A DNA stretch of 64,000 bases from Planctomycetota bacterium (GTDB taxonomy: Bacteria; Planctomycetota; SZUA-567; H5-PLA8). Position numbers and translations under genes: made by a program. The stretch's first letter is position 1, and the number at the start of each line of letters is the position of its first letter. This document shows positions 30,451 to 40,567 of this stretch, piece after piece. The notes below the pieces were generated by a model. The model did not search any database. It had not been told where the DNA came from and was given only the letters and a program-made list of their open reading frames with translations. The stretch spans positions 78,083-142,082 of the forward strand of contig BTVV01000002.1 in NCBI GenBank assembly GCA_045863855.1. Direction: 5' to 3'.

Positions 30451-31200
30451 ATGCTGCTCACCGAAGACCACGTCGATCTGCCAACTGCCCGCGGTCCGAT
30501 GCGCGCGTTCCGCTACCAGCCGGCTGTGCCCGGCAAGTATCCGGGCTTGGTGCTCTGGTCGGAGATTTATCAGGTTACCGCGCCGATCGCCCGCATCGCG
30601 CGCGCGCTGGCCGGTGAAGGGTACACGGTGCTCGCGCCGGAGGTGTACCACGAGTTCGAGCCGCCGGGCTCGCCCTTCCAATACGACAAAGCCGACACCG
30701 ACAAAGGCAACCGCTACAAATTCGAGAAGGAACTCGCCAGCTACGACGCCGATGCGCGCGCGGCGTTGGACCACCTGAAGTCGCTGCCCAGTGCGAACGG
30801 GCGGCTGGGTTCCATCGGCGTCTGCTTGGGCGGCCACTTGAGTTTTCGCTGCGCGTTCAACGCCGACGTGAACGCCGCGGCATGTTTTTACGCGACGGAC
30901 ATTCACACGGGATTCCTGGGCCGGGGCAAGCAGGACGACTCGCTCGCGCGCTCCCGCGAGATCAAGGGCGAACTGCTGATGGTCTGGGGGCGCCAGGACC
31001 CGCACATCCCGCTGGCCGGCCGGCGCCTGATCTACGATACGCTTTGCGCGGGCAAAGTGAATTTCACGTGGCACGAGTTCAACGCGCAGCATGCGTTCAT
31101 GCGAGACGAAGGCCACCGGTACAATCCGGCGCTGACACGGCTGTGTATGGGCATGGTACGCGAACACTTCCAGCGCACGCTGCAAGCCGGCGTGGCCTGA
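30451..31200 (+). CDS. Dienelactone hydrolase family protein
   Basis: SEIYQ, GVCLGG (Cys nucleophile), QDPHIP, QHAFMRDEG; GGAGG RBS. Confidence 0.93.
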   Translation: MLLTEDHVDLPTARGPMRAFRYQPAVPGKYPGLVLWSEIYQVTAPIARIARALAGEGYTVLAPEVYHEFEPPGSPFQYDKADTDKGNRYKFEKELASYDADARAALDHLKSLPSANGRLGSIGVCLGGHLSFRCAFNADVNAAACFYATDIHTGFLGRGKQDDSLARSREIKGELLMVWGRQDPHIPLAGRRLIYDTLCAGKVNFTWHEFNAQHAFMRDEGHRYNPALTRLCMGMVREHFQRTLQAGVA

Positions 31201-31209
31201 AGCCGAGCG

Positions 31210-32304
31210 TTAAGCATAGTCCGCCAGGTACACCGGTTGGCGCTTGGCGCCCCAGTTTCCCGGTTGCGCTTCAAAGACCCCGGGGCACGCCGTGCCGCAG
31301 TCGGGGCACGCGCCTTGGGGCGTCAGGCGGTACGCGAGTATCGTGTACCAGTCCCGCACGATCAGCGGCTTGCGGCAGCAGTGGCAGGAGGTTGTGCCGC
31401 CTTCCCGGTCGTGCACGTTTCCCGTGTACACAAAGCGCAACCCGTTCCGGATCGCAATCTCCCGCGCGCGCACGAGCGTCCGTGGCGGGGTGGGGGGGTG
31501 GTCCTGCATTTTCCAGTCCGGATGAAAGGCCGTGAAGTGGTGCGGCACATCCGGGCCCAATTCCCGCATCACCCATTGCGTCATGGATTCGATCTCGGAT
31601 TCGCTGTCGTTTTCGCCAGGAATCAGGAGCGTGGTGATCTCGAACCAGACCTTTGTCTCGTGTTTCAGATACTTCAATGTCTCCAGCACCGGCGCGAGCT
31701 GCCCGCCGCAAATCTTGGCGTAGAAGTTTTCGGTGAAACCTTTCAAGTCCACGTTGGCCGCGTCCATATAACGGTAAAACTCGGCGCGCGGCTCGGCACA
31801 CTGGTATCCCGCCGTCACGGCAACACTGCGGATCCCTTGAGCACGGCAGGCTTGCGCCACATCGATGGCGTACTCGTGGAAGATCACGGGATCGTTGTAT
31901 GTAAACGCGACGCTGCGGCAGCCCAGGTCTTTGGCGGCGCGTGCGATGGTATCGGGTTGCGCTCGATCGGCCAGCGTATCGAATTCCCGCGATTTGCTGA
32001 TGCTCCAATTCTGGCAGAACTTGCAGGCCAGATTGCAGCCGGCGGTGCCGAAGCTGAGGATCGGCGTGCCGGGCAGGAAGTGATTGAGCGGCTTCTTTTC
32101 GACCGGATCGATGCAGAAGCCCGACGACCGGCCGTAGGTGGTGAGCACCATCCCGCTCCCTTCGCGCTTGCGCACGAAGCACATTCCGCGCTGGCCGTCG
32201 TGCAAGCGGCAGAATCGTGGACAAAGGTCGCATTGAATGCGGCCGTCGTCCAGAATGTGCCAGAACTTTGCGGGGTGCGGTTCGAGTTTGTGGGACACGT
32301 TCAT
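31210..32304 (-). CDS. amrS: AmmeMemoRadiSam system radical SAM enzyme
   Basis: CDLCPRFC..GMC, DPVEKKPLNHFLPG, CNLACKFCQNW, AFTYNDP, C-terminal Cys pairs. Confidence 0.92.
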   Translation of the reverse strand: MNVSHKLEPHPAKFWHILDDGRIQCDLCPRFCRLHDGQRGMCFVRKREGSGMVLTTYGRSSGFCIDPVEKKPLNHFLPGTPILSFGTAGCNLACKFCQNWSISKSREFDTLADRAQPDTIARAAKDLGCRSVAFTYNDPVIFHEYAIDVAQACRAQGIRSVAVTAGYQCAEPRAEFYRYMDAANVDLKGFTENFYAKICGGQLAPVLETLKYLKHETKVWFEITTLLIPGENDSESEIESMTQWVMRELGPDVPHHFTAFHPDWKMQDHPPTPPRTLVRAREIAIRNGLRFVYTGNVHDREGGTTSCHCCRKPLIVRDWYTILAYRLTPQGACPDCGTACPGVFEAQPGNWGAKRQPVYLADYA

Positions 32305-32322
32305 CCTCCCGCGTCCACCGGA

Positions 32323-32556
32323 CTAATGCGGATGGCGCGTGGAGGCTTGCAGGCGCGCCACGATTTTCAACCCGTGGGAGCAGTACAGTGCCAGGTAACC
32401 GAACACCAGCGCTGGAGCGGCCATCGCATAGAGCAACGGGAATGGCATGTCCGTCGCATGCCAACCGAACAGACAAGCCGGAATCGATATCGCCCAGCTC
32501 AAGATAAGACCGGCGCCGAACATGGCCAGAATGCGGCTACGTACCCGGCTCTGCAT
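32323..32556 (-). CDS. Small two-TM membrane protein
   Basis: 77-aa hydrophobic ORF filling the gap between co-oriented genes; GGAGG upstream. Confidence 0.55.
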   Translation of the reverse strand: MQSRVRSRILAMFGAGLILSWAISIPACLFGWHATDMPFPLLYAMAAPALVFGYLALYCSHGLKIVARLQASTRHPH

Positions 32557-32585
32557 AATCCGAGCCTCCAGGCTCTAACTTCAAG

Positions 32586-34202
32586 TTATCGAGCGGGCGC
32601 GGGTGAAGTCAACGGCAATCCGTCACCGCCTTCGTTCCGTTTGGGCCGGTATACGCGCAGCGCCCCGTGTTGCGCTTCAAACTCGTAATGCTCGCGCATG
32701 ACGTCGAGCATGGCGTCGCTAAAGCGCTGCCGATGCCAGGACGGATCTCCGAAGAGATCGAACTTCAGAACGATGCGGTCGTAGCGACGATTGCGCAATT
32801 CATCCAGAAACGGTCCTTGAATCCACAAGCCCTGTTCGGCCAATTGCGTCATCTCGAAGGGCTGGAAACGAAGTTCTTTCCCGGCCAACACGACCAGCGT
32901 AGTGTCTTCCGAGAGCACGGCGCCCGGCGCGTCGCGCAGCGCTTTCAACACGAACGGATCCTGCTCTTCAAGGCGTCGTTGCAAGGCATGCTCCATTTCG
33001 GCGAGCAGTTTCAGGTGATCGAAGCGCACGAACTGAACGGTAAGCAACAGGATGGCCCCGCACGCGCCCAGCACGGGGAACAGGCCCTTGCCCCATAACT
33101 CTTTTAGCGGCGGCGCCGCGGCGAGGAGATCGGCGAGCAGCAATCCGGTAAGGACGCCGCACACGCACAGGAACTCCAGTTGGTAGTTGATGAACGCTCC
33201 GGCTTTCCCAATCATCAAGGATGTCGCGAATGCCGTGAGGCCGTAGAGGCACCACAAGAGCCTCGGGTGCGGACGCTCCGCGTGAGGAGTTTGCATCCAG
33301 GAGGTGAACTGCCAAAGACCGCCCAACCCACCCAGAACGACCAGGCGGCCGTGCTCTTCCATCAGCGATGCCAGCATGTGGCACGCCTGCGGCCAAGAGT
33401 AGTGATTGCGATTGGCCGTCACCAGGTGATTCCAGAAGCCGCCGTCCGTAAAAAGGGTTGCGAGGATCAGCAGGAGGAATCCCGCGCCGACGAATCCCGC
33501 CGTGAAGCGCAGGCCACGTCCCAGATTTTGCACGCAGGCCGCCGCGACGCACGCCGCGGGCGCCGCCAGCATCGACTGCTTGGTGAACAGCGCGGCAATG
33601 AGCAGTACGCCGACTGCGTAGGGGCCCCACGAACGCTCGAATGCTCGCGCGCTCACCACCACCGCGGCCAAGGAGCAAGCGACGGCCAGCGTGTCTACGC
33701 GCAGAAGCACGCCCCACAAGAAAGCGTAGGTGGGCGCGAGGACCGCGCCCCCCGCGGTCAATGCGAAGGCCAGCGCGGCGAGGTAATCGTCGCCGCTGCA
33801 CGCGCCGCGGCGGCGCAGATCCAGCGCATGTGCGCCCACGGCCCATGCGGCCAGCGCGGCCGATGCAAAGAGCGCAAGCACGCTGACCCAACGGCCCGCG
33901 GAAAGATAATCCCCCGTGAACCAGGCGGCGAAGCGCGTGGCGGCTCGGAACACGGGCGGATAGTTGGTGACCGTATGCGGAGGCTCGCGCCACGATTCGT
34001 AGAGGCCATGCCCGGCGTCAGCCGCGTGCAATTGCGCCAGAATCGGCCCTTCGCCGTAATCGAGTTCGTAAGGAAAGTGGGTTGCCGTCCAGGCCCAAAG
34101 CGCGAACTGCGCTCCCAGCCAGAAGCCCACGGCCACCGGCGGCGCCAGCGGAAGCCAGTTCCAGCGGCCCATCGGTTCAAGCGAATCCTGTTCCCGAATC
34201 AT
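32586..34202 (-). CDS. GT-C fold (ArnT/PMT-like) membrane glycosyltransferase, paralog 1
   Basis: FPYELDYGEG, NYPP, GRWVS, RVD, TKQS; polytopic; ATGA overlap with upstream paralog. Confidence 0.75.
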   Translation of the reverse strand: MIREQDSLEPMGRWNWLPLAPPVAVGFWLGAQFALWAWTATHFPYELDYGEGPILAQLHAADAGHGLYESWREPPHTVTNYPPVFRAATRFAAWFTGDYLSAGRWVSVLALFASAALAAWAVGAHALDLRRRGACSGDDYLAALAFALTAGGAVLAPTYAFLWGVLLRVDTLAVACSLAAVVVSARAFERSWGPYAVGVLLIAALFTKQSMLAAPAACVAAACVQNLGRGLRFTAGFVGAGFLLLILATLFTDGGFWNHLVTANRNHYSWPQACHMLASLMEEHGRLVVLGGLGGLWQFTSWMQTPHAERPHPRLLWCLYGLTAFATSLMIGKAGAFINYQLEFLCVCGVLTGLLLADLLAAAPPLKELWGKGLFPVLGACGAILLLTVQFVRFDHLKLLAEMEHALQRRLEEQDPFVLKALRDAPGAVLSEDTTLVVLAGKELRFQPFEMTQLAEQGLWIQGPFLDELRNRRYDRIVLKFDLFGDPSWHRQRFSDAMLDVMREHYEFEAQHGALRVYRPKRNEGGDGLPLTSPAPAR

Positions 34203-35773
34203 GGTTTCTCGCGCGCCGCTTGCCGCGGCCGGTACAGGAAGAAGGCGCCGATGCGGCGCTCGAACGCATACGCGTTTCCCATGGACTCGAGCATCTCTTC
34301 CGTGAAACGTTCGCGGTAAAAGCCCGGGTCCTTGCCCAGTTCGAAGTTTAACGCGATCAGAGCGTACTTCCCGGACTTCAGCTCTTCTAGGAACGGGCGC
34401 TGATCCCAAGCGCCCTGCAGGCTCAATTGAGTCATAATGAACGGCTCGAATTCGAGCGGCCGGCCGGCCAGAACCAGGTACGTGCAGTCTTCGCAGATGA
34501 CCGGGCCTTTCGTTTCACGAATGGCCTTTATCATCATGGGACCGTGCACGCGCTCCTGGGAATCTTTGTAACGCGTCGCGCTGGCGATCCAAAGCGTATG
34601 ATCGCCTCGCCCCAGACTCCAGGCCAGCAGCAGTGCGGCGCATACGCCTGCTACCGTTCGCCAGCCCGCTTCTTTGCGCGCGCAAGCGAGCAATCCGTCG
34701 GCGGCTAAAGCGCCTCCTAAAGCGATCGAGATGGCGAGCGCTTCGATGAAATAGTTGGGGTTGGATCCTACTTTTCCCACGCTGGCCGAAGCCAGCCAAG
34801 CAAATACGAAATAAAGCAGCGCGACCAGCCGCGCGTGGGGACGCGCGCCGCGCGGCGAGGTTGCATAAAGCCCGGCTTGGTGGAGCGCTCCGGCCAAGCC
34901 TAACAGGGCGAACCAGCGCTCGCTGACCAACGTTTCGGACCACATCGAAAAAATGCGCTCGACGAAAAATGCGTTGCGGTTTCCGGTGATAATATTCTCG
35001 AAAAATACGCGGCCGGTCAGCCACTCGCCCAAGCCGATCAGAGCCAGCCCGGAAACCCCCAGGGCGGCACAAAAGCACAGTCCTTCCTTCCAGGAGCGCA
35101 AGCACCACGCCAGGCCGATCGCCAAGGGTGCGGCGATCATCGAATGTTTCGTGTACAGCGCGAGGAGCAGCAGCGGCAGCAGGAGCCACGCCCAGCGTCC
35201 TCGCGCGGCCAACATCGGGTATACCGCCACGGCCGCGAGCGAGAGCGCCCAGCCCATGGCGTCGGGGCGGTAGAGCATGCCCCAGTAAAAAATGGGCTCG
35301 GAACCCAGGACGCTTAATCCTGCGGCGACGCAGGCGCCAGCGTGGAGTGCGCGCGAAGTACCGGCCGAGCTATCCGTGGTGAGGCGCCATACCAGCACGC
35401 TTGCGGCAGCGGCGGCCGCCAAGGTGCTTAGGGCGCTCAAAAGCCGGCCCCCGGCCAGCAGCGATCCCCAGGCTCGTCCCACGCCCCAAGCCGTCCAGAG
35501 ATAAACCGGCGGGTATACCGAAGCGCGGTACGGTGGCGTGGCCAGCGCGTCGTAATGGGGACCGCCCGAATCCAAGAGCGCCGTCTGCGCGAGAATGGTG
35601 CCTTCGCTGTAGTCGATGGCATAGTCGAAGCCGACGACCAGATCGGCCCATTGAACGAACTGCGCGCATCCGCGCAGGCTCAAGACCAGCATGGGCAGAA
35701 GCACCAGCCACGCAATCCAGGTGCGGCGCGCCGGGGGCTTCTCGGAAGGCGTAATTCCATTTGAGTCGGCCAT
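34199..35773 (-). CDS. GT-C fold (ArnT/PMT-like) membrane glycosyltransferase, paralog 2
   Basis: FDYAIDYSEG, VYPP, GRLLS, RPD, TKHS; colinear similarity to paralog 1. Confidence 0.75.
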   Translation of the reverse strand: MADSNGITPSEKPPARRTWIAWLVLLPMLVLSLRGCAQFVQWADLVVGFDYAIDYSEGTILAQTALLDSGGPHYDALATPPYRASVYPPVYLWTAWGVGRAWGSLLAGGRLLSALSTLAAAAAASVLVWRLTTDSSAGTSRALHAGACVAAGLSVLGSEPIFYWGMLYRPDAMGWALSLAAVAVYPMLAARGRWAWLLLPLLLLALYTKHSMIAAPLAIGLAWCLRSWKEGLCFCAALGVSGLALIGLGEWLTGRVFFENIITGNRNAFFVERIFSMWSETLVSERWFALLGLAGALHQAGLYATSPRGARPHARLVALLYFVFAWLASASVGKVGSNPNYFIEALAISIALGGALAADGLLACARKEAGWRTVAGVCAALLLAWSLGRGDHTLWIASATRYKDSQERVHGPMMIKAIRETKGPVICEDCTYLVLAGRPLEFEPFIMTQLSLQGAWDQRPFLEELKSGKYALIALNFELGKDPGFYRERFTEEMLESMGNAYAFERRIGAFFLYRPRQAAREKP

Positions 35774-35824
35774 GAGCCCAACAGGATAGTATGGGCGCTC
35801 GATTCGCACCAGACCGGGGCATGC

Positions 35825-37732
35825 TTAAGGATTGCGGTCGCGTTCGATGCGCGGAATCAGCTCACCGGCGTCCGGTCTGGTATCGTCCGTGCTCGATCGG
35901 CTTCGAAACTCGTCCATGCCGGGCGGTTCCGGAAACGCGCGCTCGGGGGACCATCCGGCCTGCCGCGCCTGTTGGTAAAGCGGTTCGTGGATGCGGTCGA
36001 AGACCATCCTTCGCACCTCGGCCGGCGAACGCTCCCAAAGCCTGGCCTTGAGCGGAATCGGCACCGCACCGGGCGGGCTGAGCATCGTCTGCACGAAGCC
36101 ATCGGCGACCAGGTTGACGAAGGGAGGCAGGACCAGCGCGCCGCGCGCCGTCAGGCGTCCGGCGGTGAATTCGCGCATGTAATGGTCGTAGATACGGTCC
36201 TTGGCCAGGCGCAGAAAGCGCTGCGCCGTTTCGGACTGCCCTTCCGCCCAGCCTTCGAGAATCGCGCGCTGAATCAACATGGCCAGCGTGGAGCGGACGT
36301 GCTCGATCACGTCTTGCCCGCGCGTGAGTTGGCGCACGACGAAATCCTCTAGCGGTAACGCGTAGGCGCCGCGCGCCTGCGCTCCGTACGTGCGGCGCAG
36401 TTTCTCGTAATAGCCTTCGGCGGCGGCCGGTCCCGAAAGAAGATACGCTTGCGGTACGGCCCATTCGAGAAATCCGCGATGCGAGGCCGCGAAATCGGCC
36501 GCGCTGTAAAAGCCCGTGTTCTTTCGTGCGCCCGCGTCCGTCAACGCTTTCTCGAAGGCATCGAAGAGCCGCGCGTCGGGGCTTTGACTGTAGTAGCCGT
36601 TGACCAGATCGAGATTCACGCGGCCGCCGAAGGCGAGCATCTGCAGACTGTGCAGGATGAAGCGGTCGGCGGTAAGCATGTCGTAATCGTACGCGTGCTC
36701 CACGGCTTCGCCGGCCGCGATGCCGCGATCGGCCCAGTACAAGCTGTGCGCGGCCGGATGACGCCAGTCGAGCGGTCCGAATTTTTCCGTCAGCGCCGCC
36801 ATGACGGACGGGTCCATGCGATAGTAGCGGCGCAGTTCCAGCGCGCGCCAGAAGGCCAGCGCCTTGGCCACGGTGCCGGCGTCACGGGATTCCGCGAACC
36901 ACGAGTAGACCCGCTCGTCGACGGCGCGGCGTGCCGGATCGGCTTCCCGCGCCAGTGCGGCCTTGATGCCGCGTTCGCCGAAGCGCCGGAATTCCAGCGC
37001 GCGTCCGATGCGCCGCACGCCTTCCGCGTGCTCCGGCAGTCCCAACGCCCACCACGATTTCAGCACTTCTGCCGCGGCGGGGCTTTGGAGAACCAGGGAT
37101 TCGAAATCCCCTGGAGCGTCCGACAGCGCGCGCATCGCCGCAAGCGCTCTGGACTGCCCGCCTTCCGGAGGCGCGCCCAACAACTCGTGCCACTCCGATG
37201 CGAACTGCCGCTTGTAGTACCAGTGCGAACCGACGGCGAACTTGCCGAGCTTGTGGAAATAGATCATCGAAAGTTCGTGATAGAGTCGAATCTCGTGCGG
37301 ATTGGCGGGAATGCCCTTGTCGCGAAGCAGGCGGATGCCGTTCTGCACCCACAGCCACTTCTCTTCGTCGGTCTGCACCGCATCGGAGATGTTGTAGGCC
37401 ATGTTCCAGGCCTGGAAGGCCCAGACCGAAGGAAAGCGGGGCTGCAGATCGGTGATCCAGCCGGCCAGTTCCATCGCTTCGTAGAAGCGGCCTTCATCCT
37501 GCATGCGTCCGGCACGCAGCCAGAGGTAATCGACCGCGAGCCCGCGAAAACTCCCCAACGCAGCCTGGGTGATCGCGATCTGCGGGGGCAACTCTTTGAG
37601 CCGTTCGGGATCGAGCGTCATCTGCAGCGCTTCGCGCCGCGCGTCGATGGCCGGCATGGTTTGCGCCGCGCCCAGCCAAGCCGCGGCGGCAAGACCCAGC
37701 GCCGTCAGGATCGCTCCGCGCTCCGAACTCAT
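35825..37732 (-). CDS. Membrane-anchored helical-repeat protein ('IRE'-annotated planctomycete family; PilG/XapA-like)
   Basis: LGSFRGLAVDYLWLRA, LQPRFPSVWAFQAWNMAYNIS, GIPANP; N-terminal anchor; ATGA overlap with permease. Confidence 0.7.
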   Translation of the reverse strand: MSSERGAILTALGLAAAAWLGAAQTMPAIDARREALQMTLDPERLKELPPQIAITQAALGSFRGLAVDYLWLRAGRMQDEGRFYEAMELAGWITDLQPRFPSVWAFQAWNMAYNISDAVQTDEEKWLWVQNGIRLLRDKGIPANPHEIRLYHELSMIYFHKLGKFAVGSHWYYKRQFASEWHELLGAPPEGGQSRALAAMRALSDAPGDFESLVLQSPAAAEVLKSWWALGLPEHAEGVRRIGRALEFRRFGERGIKAALAREADPARRAVDERVYSWFAESRDAGTVAKALAFWRALELRRYYRMDPSVMAALTEKFGPLDWRHPAAHSLYWADRGIAAGEAVEHAYDYDMLTADRFILHSLQMLAFGGRVNLDLVNGYYSQSPDARLFDAFEKALTDAGARKNTGFYSAADFAASHRGFLEWAVPQAYLLSGPAAAEGYYEKLRRTYGAQARGAYALPLEDFVVRQLTRGQDVIEHVRSTLAMLIQRAILEGWAEGQSETAQRFLRLAKDRIYDHYMREFTAGRLTARGALVLPPFVNLVADGFVQTMLSPPGAVPIPLKARLWERSPAEVRRMVFDRIHEPLYQQARQAGWSPERAFPEPPGMDEFRSRSSTDDTRPDAGELIPRIERDRNP

Positions 37733-39309
37733 GACGCGCCCCGCGCCACTTCGCGCTTGCGGAAGATCAGCCAGGCGGTCACACCCGTCGCGCCTGTCCA
37801 GGCCAGTCCGATCCACCCTGCGCAGGCCCATACTTCGCCGCCTTCAACCAGCCGGCCGCTGACCACGGCATCGACGGGTGCGAAGCGGCTGAACTGCTTC
37901 AATACGGCCGCCAAGGCGCCGACGACGACCTTCAGGACCGCCGCCAGCAGTTTGGCGGCCTCGCCGGGCGTATTCTCGCCGAAGAATTCCAGCGCCTCGC
38001 CCAGGTATCCGCTCGAACTTGCGAAGACTAAAACCATCAACGCCAGCAGGCTTGCGACGGGAAATCCGAGGAACGTGGCCGCACAAAGCCCCAGCGCGCC
38101 CAGGAAGATCAGTTTGACCCACTGCATCGCCAGTGCGCGCGCCAGGTTTCCTTCGAAGCTCCCCGCCGCATAAAGCACTTCCAGTCCTTCACCGGGCAGA
38201 AACGTGGCGGTCGTATCGAAGGTCTGTTGCGGTGCAAGCGGGTTTTCGTGAACGATGGTGAGTTCCAGCCGCCCATCGGGGCCGATCTCCTCGAGCGGTA
38301 CGGGCAGCACGAGGTACGCGTTCACCGGCATGCGAATGCCGCGTTCGCGCCCGTTGAACGCGATGCGCATCAGCAATTCCAAGTTGGGCGGCGCGCCGGA
38401 TGTGCGCATCCGCATGCGCAACTGCACAGCCGCGCGGTCTCGTACCGCCTGCTCCAGTCCGGTGAAGATAAACGTGCGGCGCTGGTGCGGCGAAAGGTTG
38501 TGCGCGTTCAGTTCCACCTGATGCCGAACCTGGCGTTCGAATGCGGCGCGTCCCGTTTCGGCGACGAAGGCCGGATCGTTCGCCTCAACTTCTCGGATGC
38601 GCCGGCGAACTTCCTCCTCCAGGCCCGCGGACGCTTCCGGGGCCAGCGCCTTCCGCGCGGCGAGCACATCTTCCGCGACCGCCCGCGCGTCCTCCACATC
38701 GAGCGCCGGCTGCGTGGCCAGCAAGCGCGTGAAGCCCCAGATCGCCAGTCCCGCGACGCAAAGCAGCAGTGCATTAAGCAGCGCCAGTCCGATCCCCTTG
38801 CCCAGCAAGTACGCGCCGCGCGAAAGCGGCTTGCTCAGTACTGTATAGATGCGTTTGTCTTCAATTTCGTGGCAGACCGTCCCGCACGCCAGGAAAATGG
38901 TCATGAAGCTCAGCAATAGACCGGTCGCGCCGAGGGTGTAACTCAAAAAAGTTTGGATCCGGTAGCGCAGCGGCGAGCCCGGATCGAGCGTCAGCGGAAG
39001 CGTGACGAGCAACAGCAGCAACACGCAGACGAAGACGACGGCCACCCGCATGCGCAGCGCTTCGTCGAGAAACGTGCGCGCCACGCCCAGCGGCGCCCAG
39101 GCGTACGAGAGCAGTCCGCGCACCAGCGCCAGCCCGGCGAAGAACGTCCACGTCGCGGCGGTTGCACCCAAAATGGCCACGCCGGCGCCCGCGCGCCACG
39201 GCGCCCATCCCGTGGCCGCCCACACGATCGCGCCCGCGACGCCCAATCCGGCAAGCGTCAGAATCGCCGCCCAACCCCAGCGGCCTGCGGCGCTGTGGGG
39301 CATCTTCAC
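37729..39309 (-). CDS. ABC-2-type exporter permease with large extracytoplasmic loop
   Basis: EIEDKRIYTVLSKPLSRGAYLLGK motif; multiple TMs; GTGA overlap with ATPase stop (alternative ATG 39303). Confidence 0.85.
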   Translation of the reverse strand: MKMPHSAAGRWGWAAILTLAGLGVAGAIVWAATGWAPWRAGAGVAILGATAATWTFFAGLALVRGLLSYAWAPLGVARTFLDEALRMRVAVVFVCVLLLLLVTLPLTLDPGSPLRYRIQTFLSYTLGATGLLLSFMTIFLACGTVCHEIEDKRIYTVLSKPLSRGAYLLGKGIGLALLNALLLCVAGLAIWGFTRLLATQPALDVEDARAVAEDVLAARKALAPEASAGLEEEVRRRIREVEANDPAFVAETGRAAFERQVRHQVELNAHNLSPHQRRTFIFTGLEQAVRDRAAVQLRMRMRTSGAPPNLELLMRIAFNGRERGIRMPVNAYLVLPVPLEEIGPDGRLELTIVHENPLAPQQTFDTTATFLPGEGLEVLYAAGSFEGNLARALAMQWVKLIFLGALGLCAATFLGFPVASLLALMVLVFASSSGYLGEALEFFGENTPGEAAKLLAAVLKVVVGALAAVLKQFSRFAPVDAVVSGRLVEGGEVWACAGWIGLAWTGATGVTAWLIFRKREVARGAS

Positions 39310-40562
39310 GAGCGCCGATCCTTGTCGAGCAAATCGTCGAGTACGCTGCGATCCACGCGAGCGGCATCGTTCAGCAGAGGTTGCGCGGGTTTGGCTGGCG
39401 CGGGAGGCTTGGGCTGGGGAGATTCCGACGCGGCGCCGGTAAGCAGTTCGTTCAATACCTGCCGGTCGGCCACCGGTGGGCTTGCCTGCGTTTCGGCAGC
39501 CGGCGCCGGCTCGGCCCTCGGCCGGGGCGCGGTTGATTGCGCGAGTTCCGTAAGCACCTCGCGGTCCACGCGCGTGCCCGTTAACGCCACGGAGGCCGGC
39601 GTGAGCACCGGCTCGGCCGCGGCAGCCGATTCCACTCCCGCTCCCAAAAATCCCGCCACGGGTCCGCCCGCACCGGCGCCATGCGTCGTCGCGCCTTCGG
39701 CGTGCGCCTGTTCGACCAGTTCCAAAAACAACGCTTCGAGCTTCTTTCGCGGCGCTTCGACGCGCCGAACTTTCGCGTGTCCCGTACCTTCGATCAGCGC
39801 CCGCACCGGCTCGACTTCCTCCGGCTTCAGACCTTCGGCCTCGAAGATCACCGCGTCGCGCTTGGCGAGCAGTTCGTCGACGGTGCCTTGCGCGCGCACG
39901 CGGCCGCCGTACAGCACCGTTACGCGGTCGCAGACGTCTTCGACATCGGCGAGCAGATGGCTGCACAGCAGCACGGTCTTTCCGCGTGCTTTCAGATGTA
40001 AAATCAAATCTTTAATCTGGCGCGTGCCGATCGGATCGAGCCCCGTCGTGGGCTCGTCGAGGATCAGCAACTCGGGATCGTTGATCAGCGCCTGCGCCAG
40101 TCCGATGCGCCGCTGCATGCCCTTCGAGTATTCGCCGACGGGGCGATGCTGCACGGCTTCGAGGCCGACCATCTCCAGCAGCATGTCGATGCGCCGCTTC
40201 CGCTCGGATCGCTCCAACTCGAACAGCCGCCCGTAGTACTCGAGCGTCTCGCGCGCATTGAGGAAGCGGTACAAGTAAGATTCTTCGGGCAGATACCCGA
40301 TCTTCGCCTTGGCGCGGACATCCGAAGGCAGCCGGCCGAAGACGCTGATTCGGCCGGACGTGGGATGCAGCAGTCCCAGGATCAACTTTATGGTGGTGGA
40401 CTTGCCGGAACCGTTGGGCCCCAGCAACCCGAAGACTTCGTGCGCGCGTATCTCCAGGTCCAGGCCGTTCAGCGCCTTTACGCGCGGGCGCAGCCAGAAA
40501 TCGCGGAAGACCTTGGTCAGGCCGCGGCATTCGACGAGCGCGGTGGGGGCGTCGTTGGACAT
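39306..40562 (-). CDS. ABC transporter ATP-binding protein with long C-terminal tail
   Basis: GPNGSGKST, YSKGMQRR, LILDEPT, CSH. Confidence 0.96.
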   Translation of the reverse strand: MSNDAPTALVECRGLTKVFRDFWLRPRVKALNGLDLEIRAHEVFGLLGPNGSGKSTTIKLILGLLHPTSGRISVFGRLPSDVRAKAKIGYLPEESYLYRFLNARETLEYYGRLFELERSERKRRIDMLLEMVGLEAVQHRPVGEYSKGMQRRIGLAQALINDPELLILDEPTTGLDPIGTRQIKDLILHLKARGKTVLLCSHLLADVEDVCDRVTVLYGGRVRAQGTVDELLAKRDAVIFEAEGLKPEEVEPVRALIEGTGHAKVRRVEAPRKKLEALFLELVEQAHAEGATTHGAGAGGPVAGFLGAGVESAAAAEPVLTPASVALTGTRVDREVLTELAQSTAPRPRAEPAPAAETQASPPVADRQVLNELLTGAASESPQPKPPAPAKPAQPLLNDAARVDRSVLDDLLDKDRRS

Positions 40563-40567
40563 GGCGT

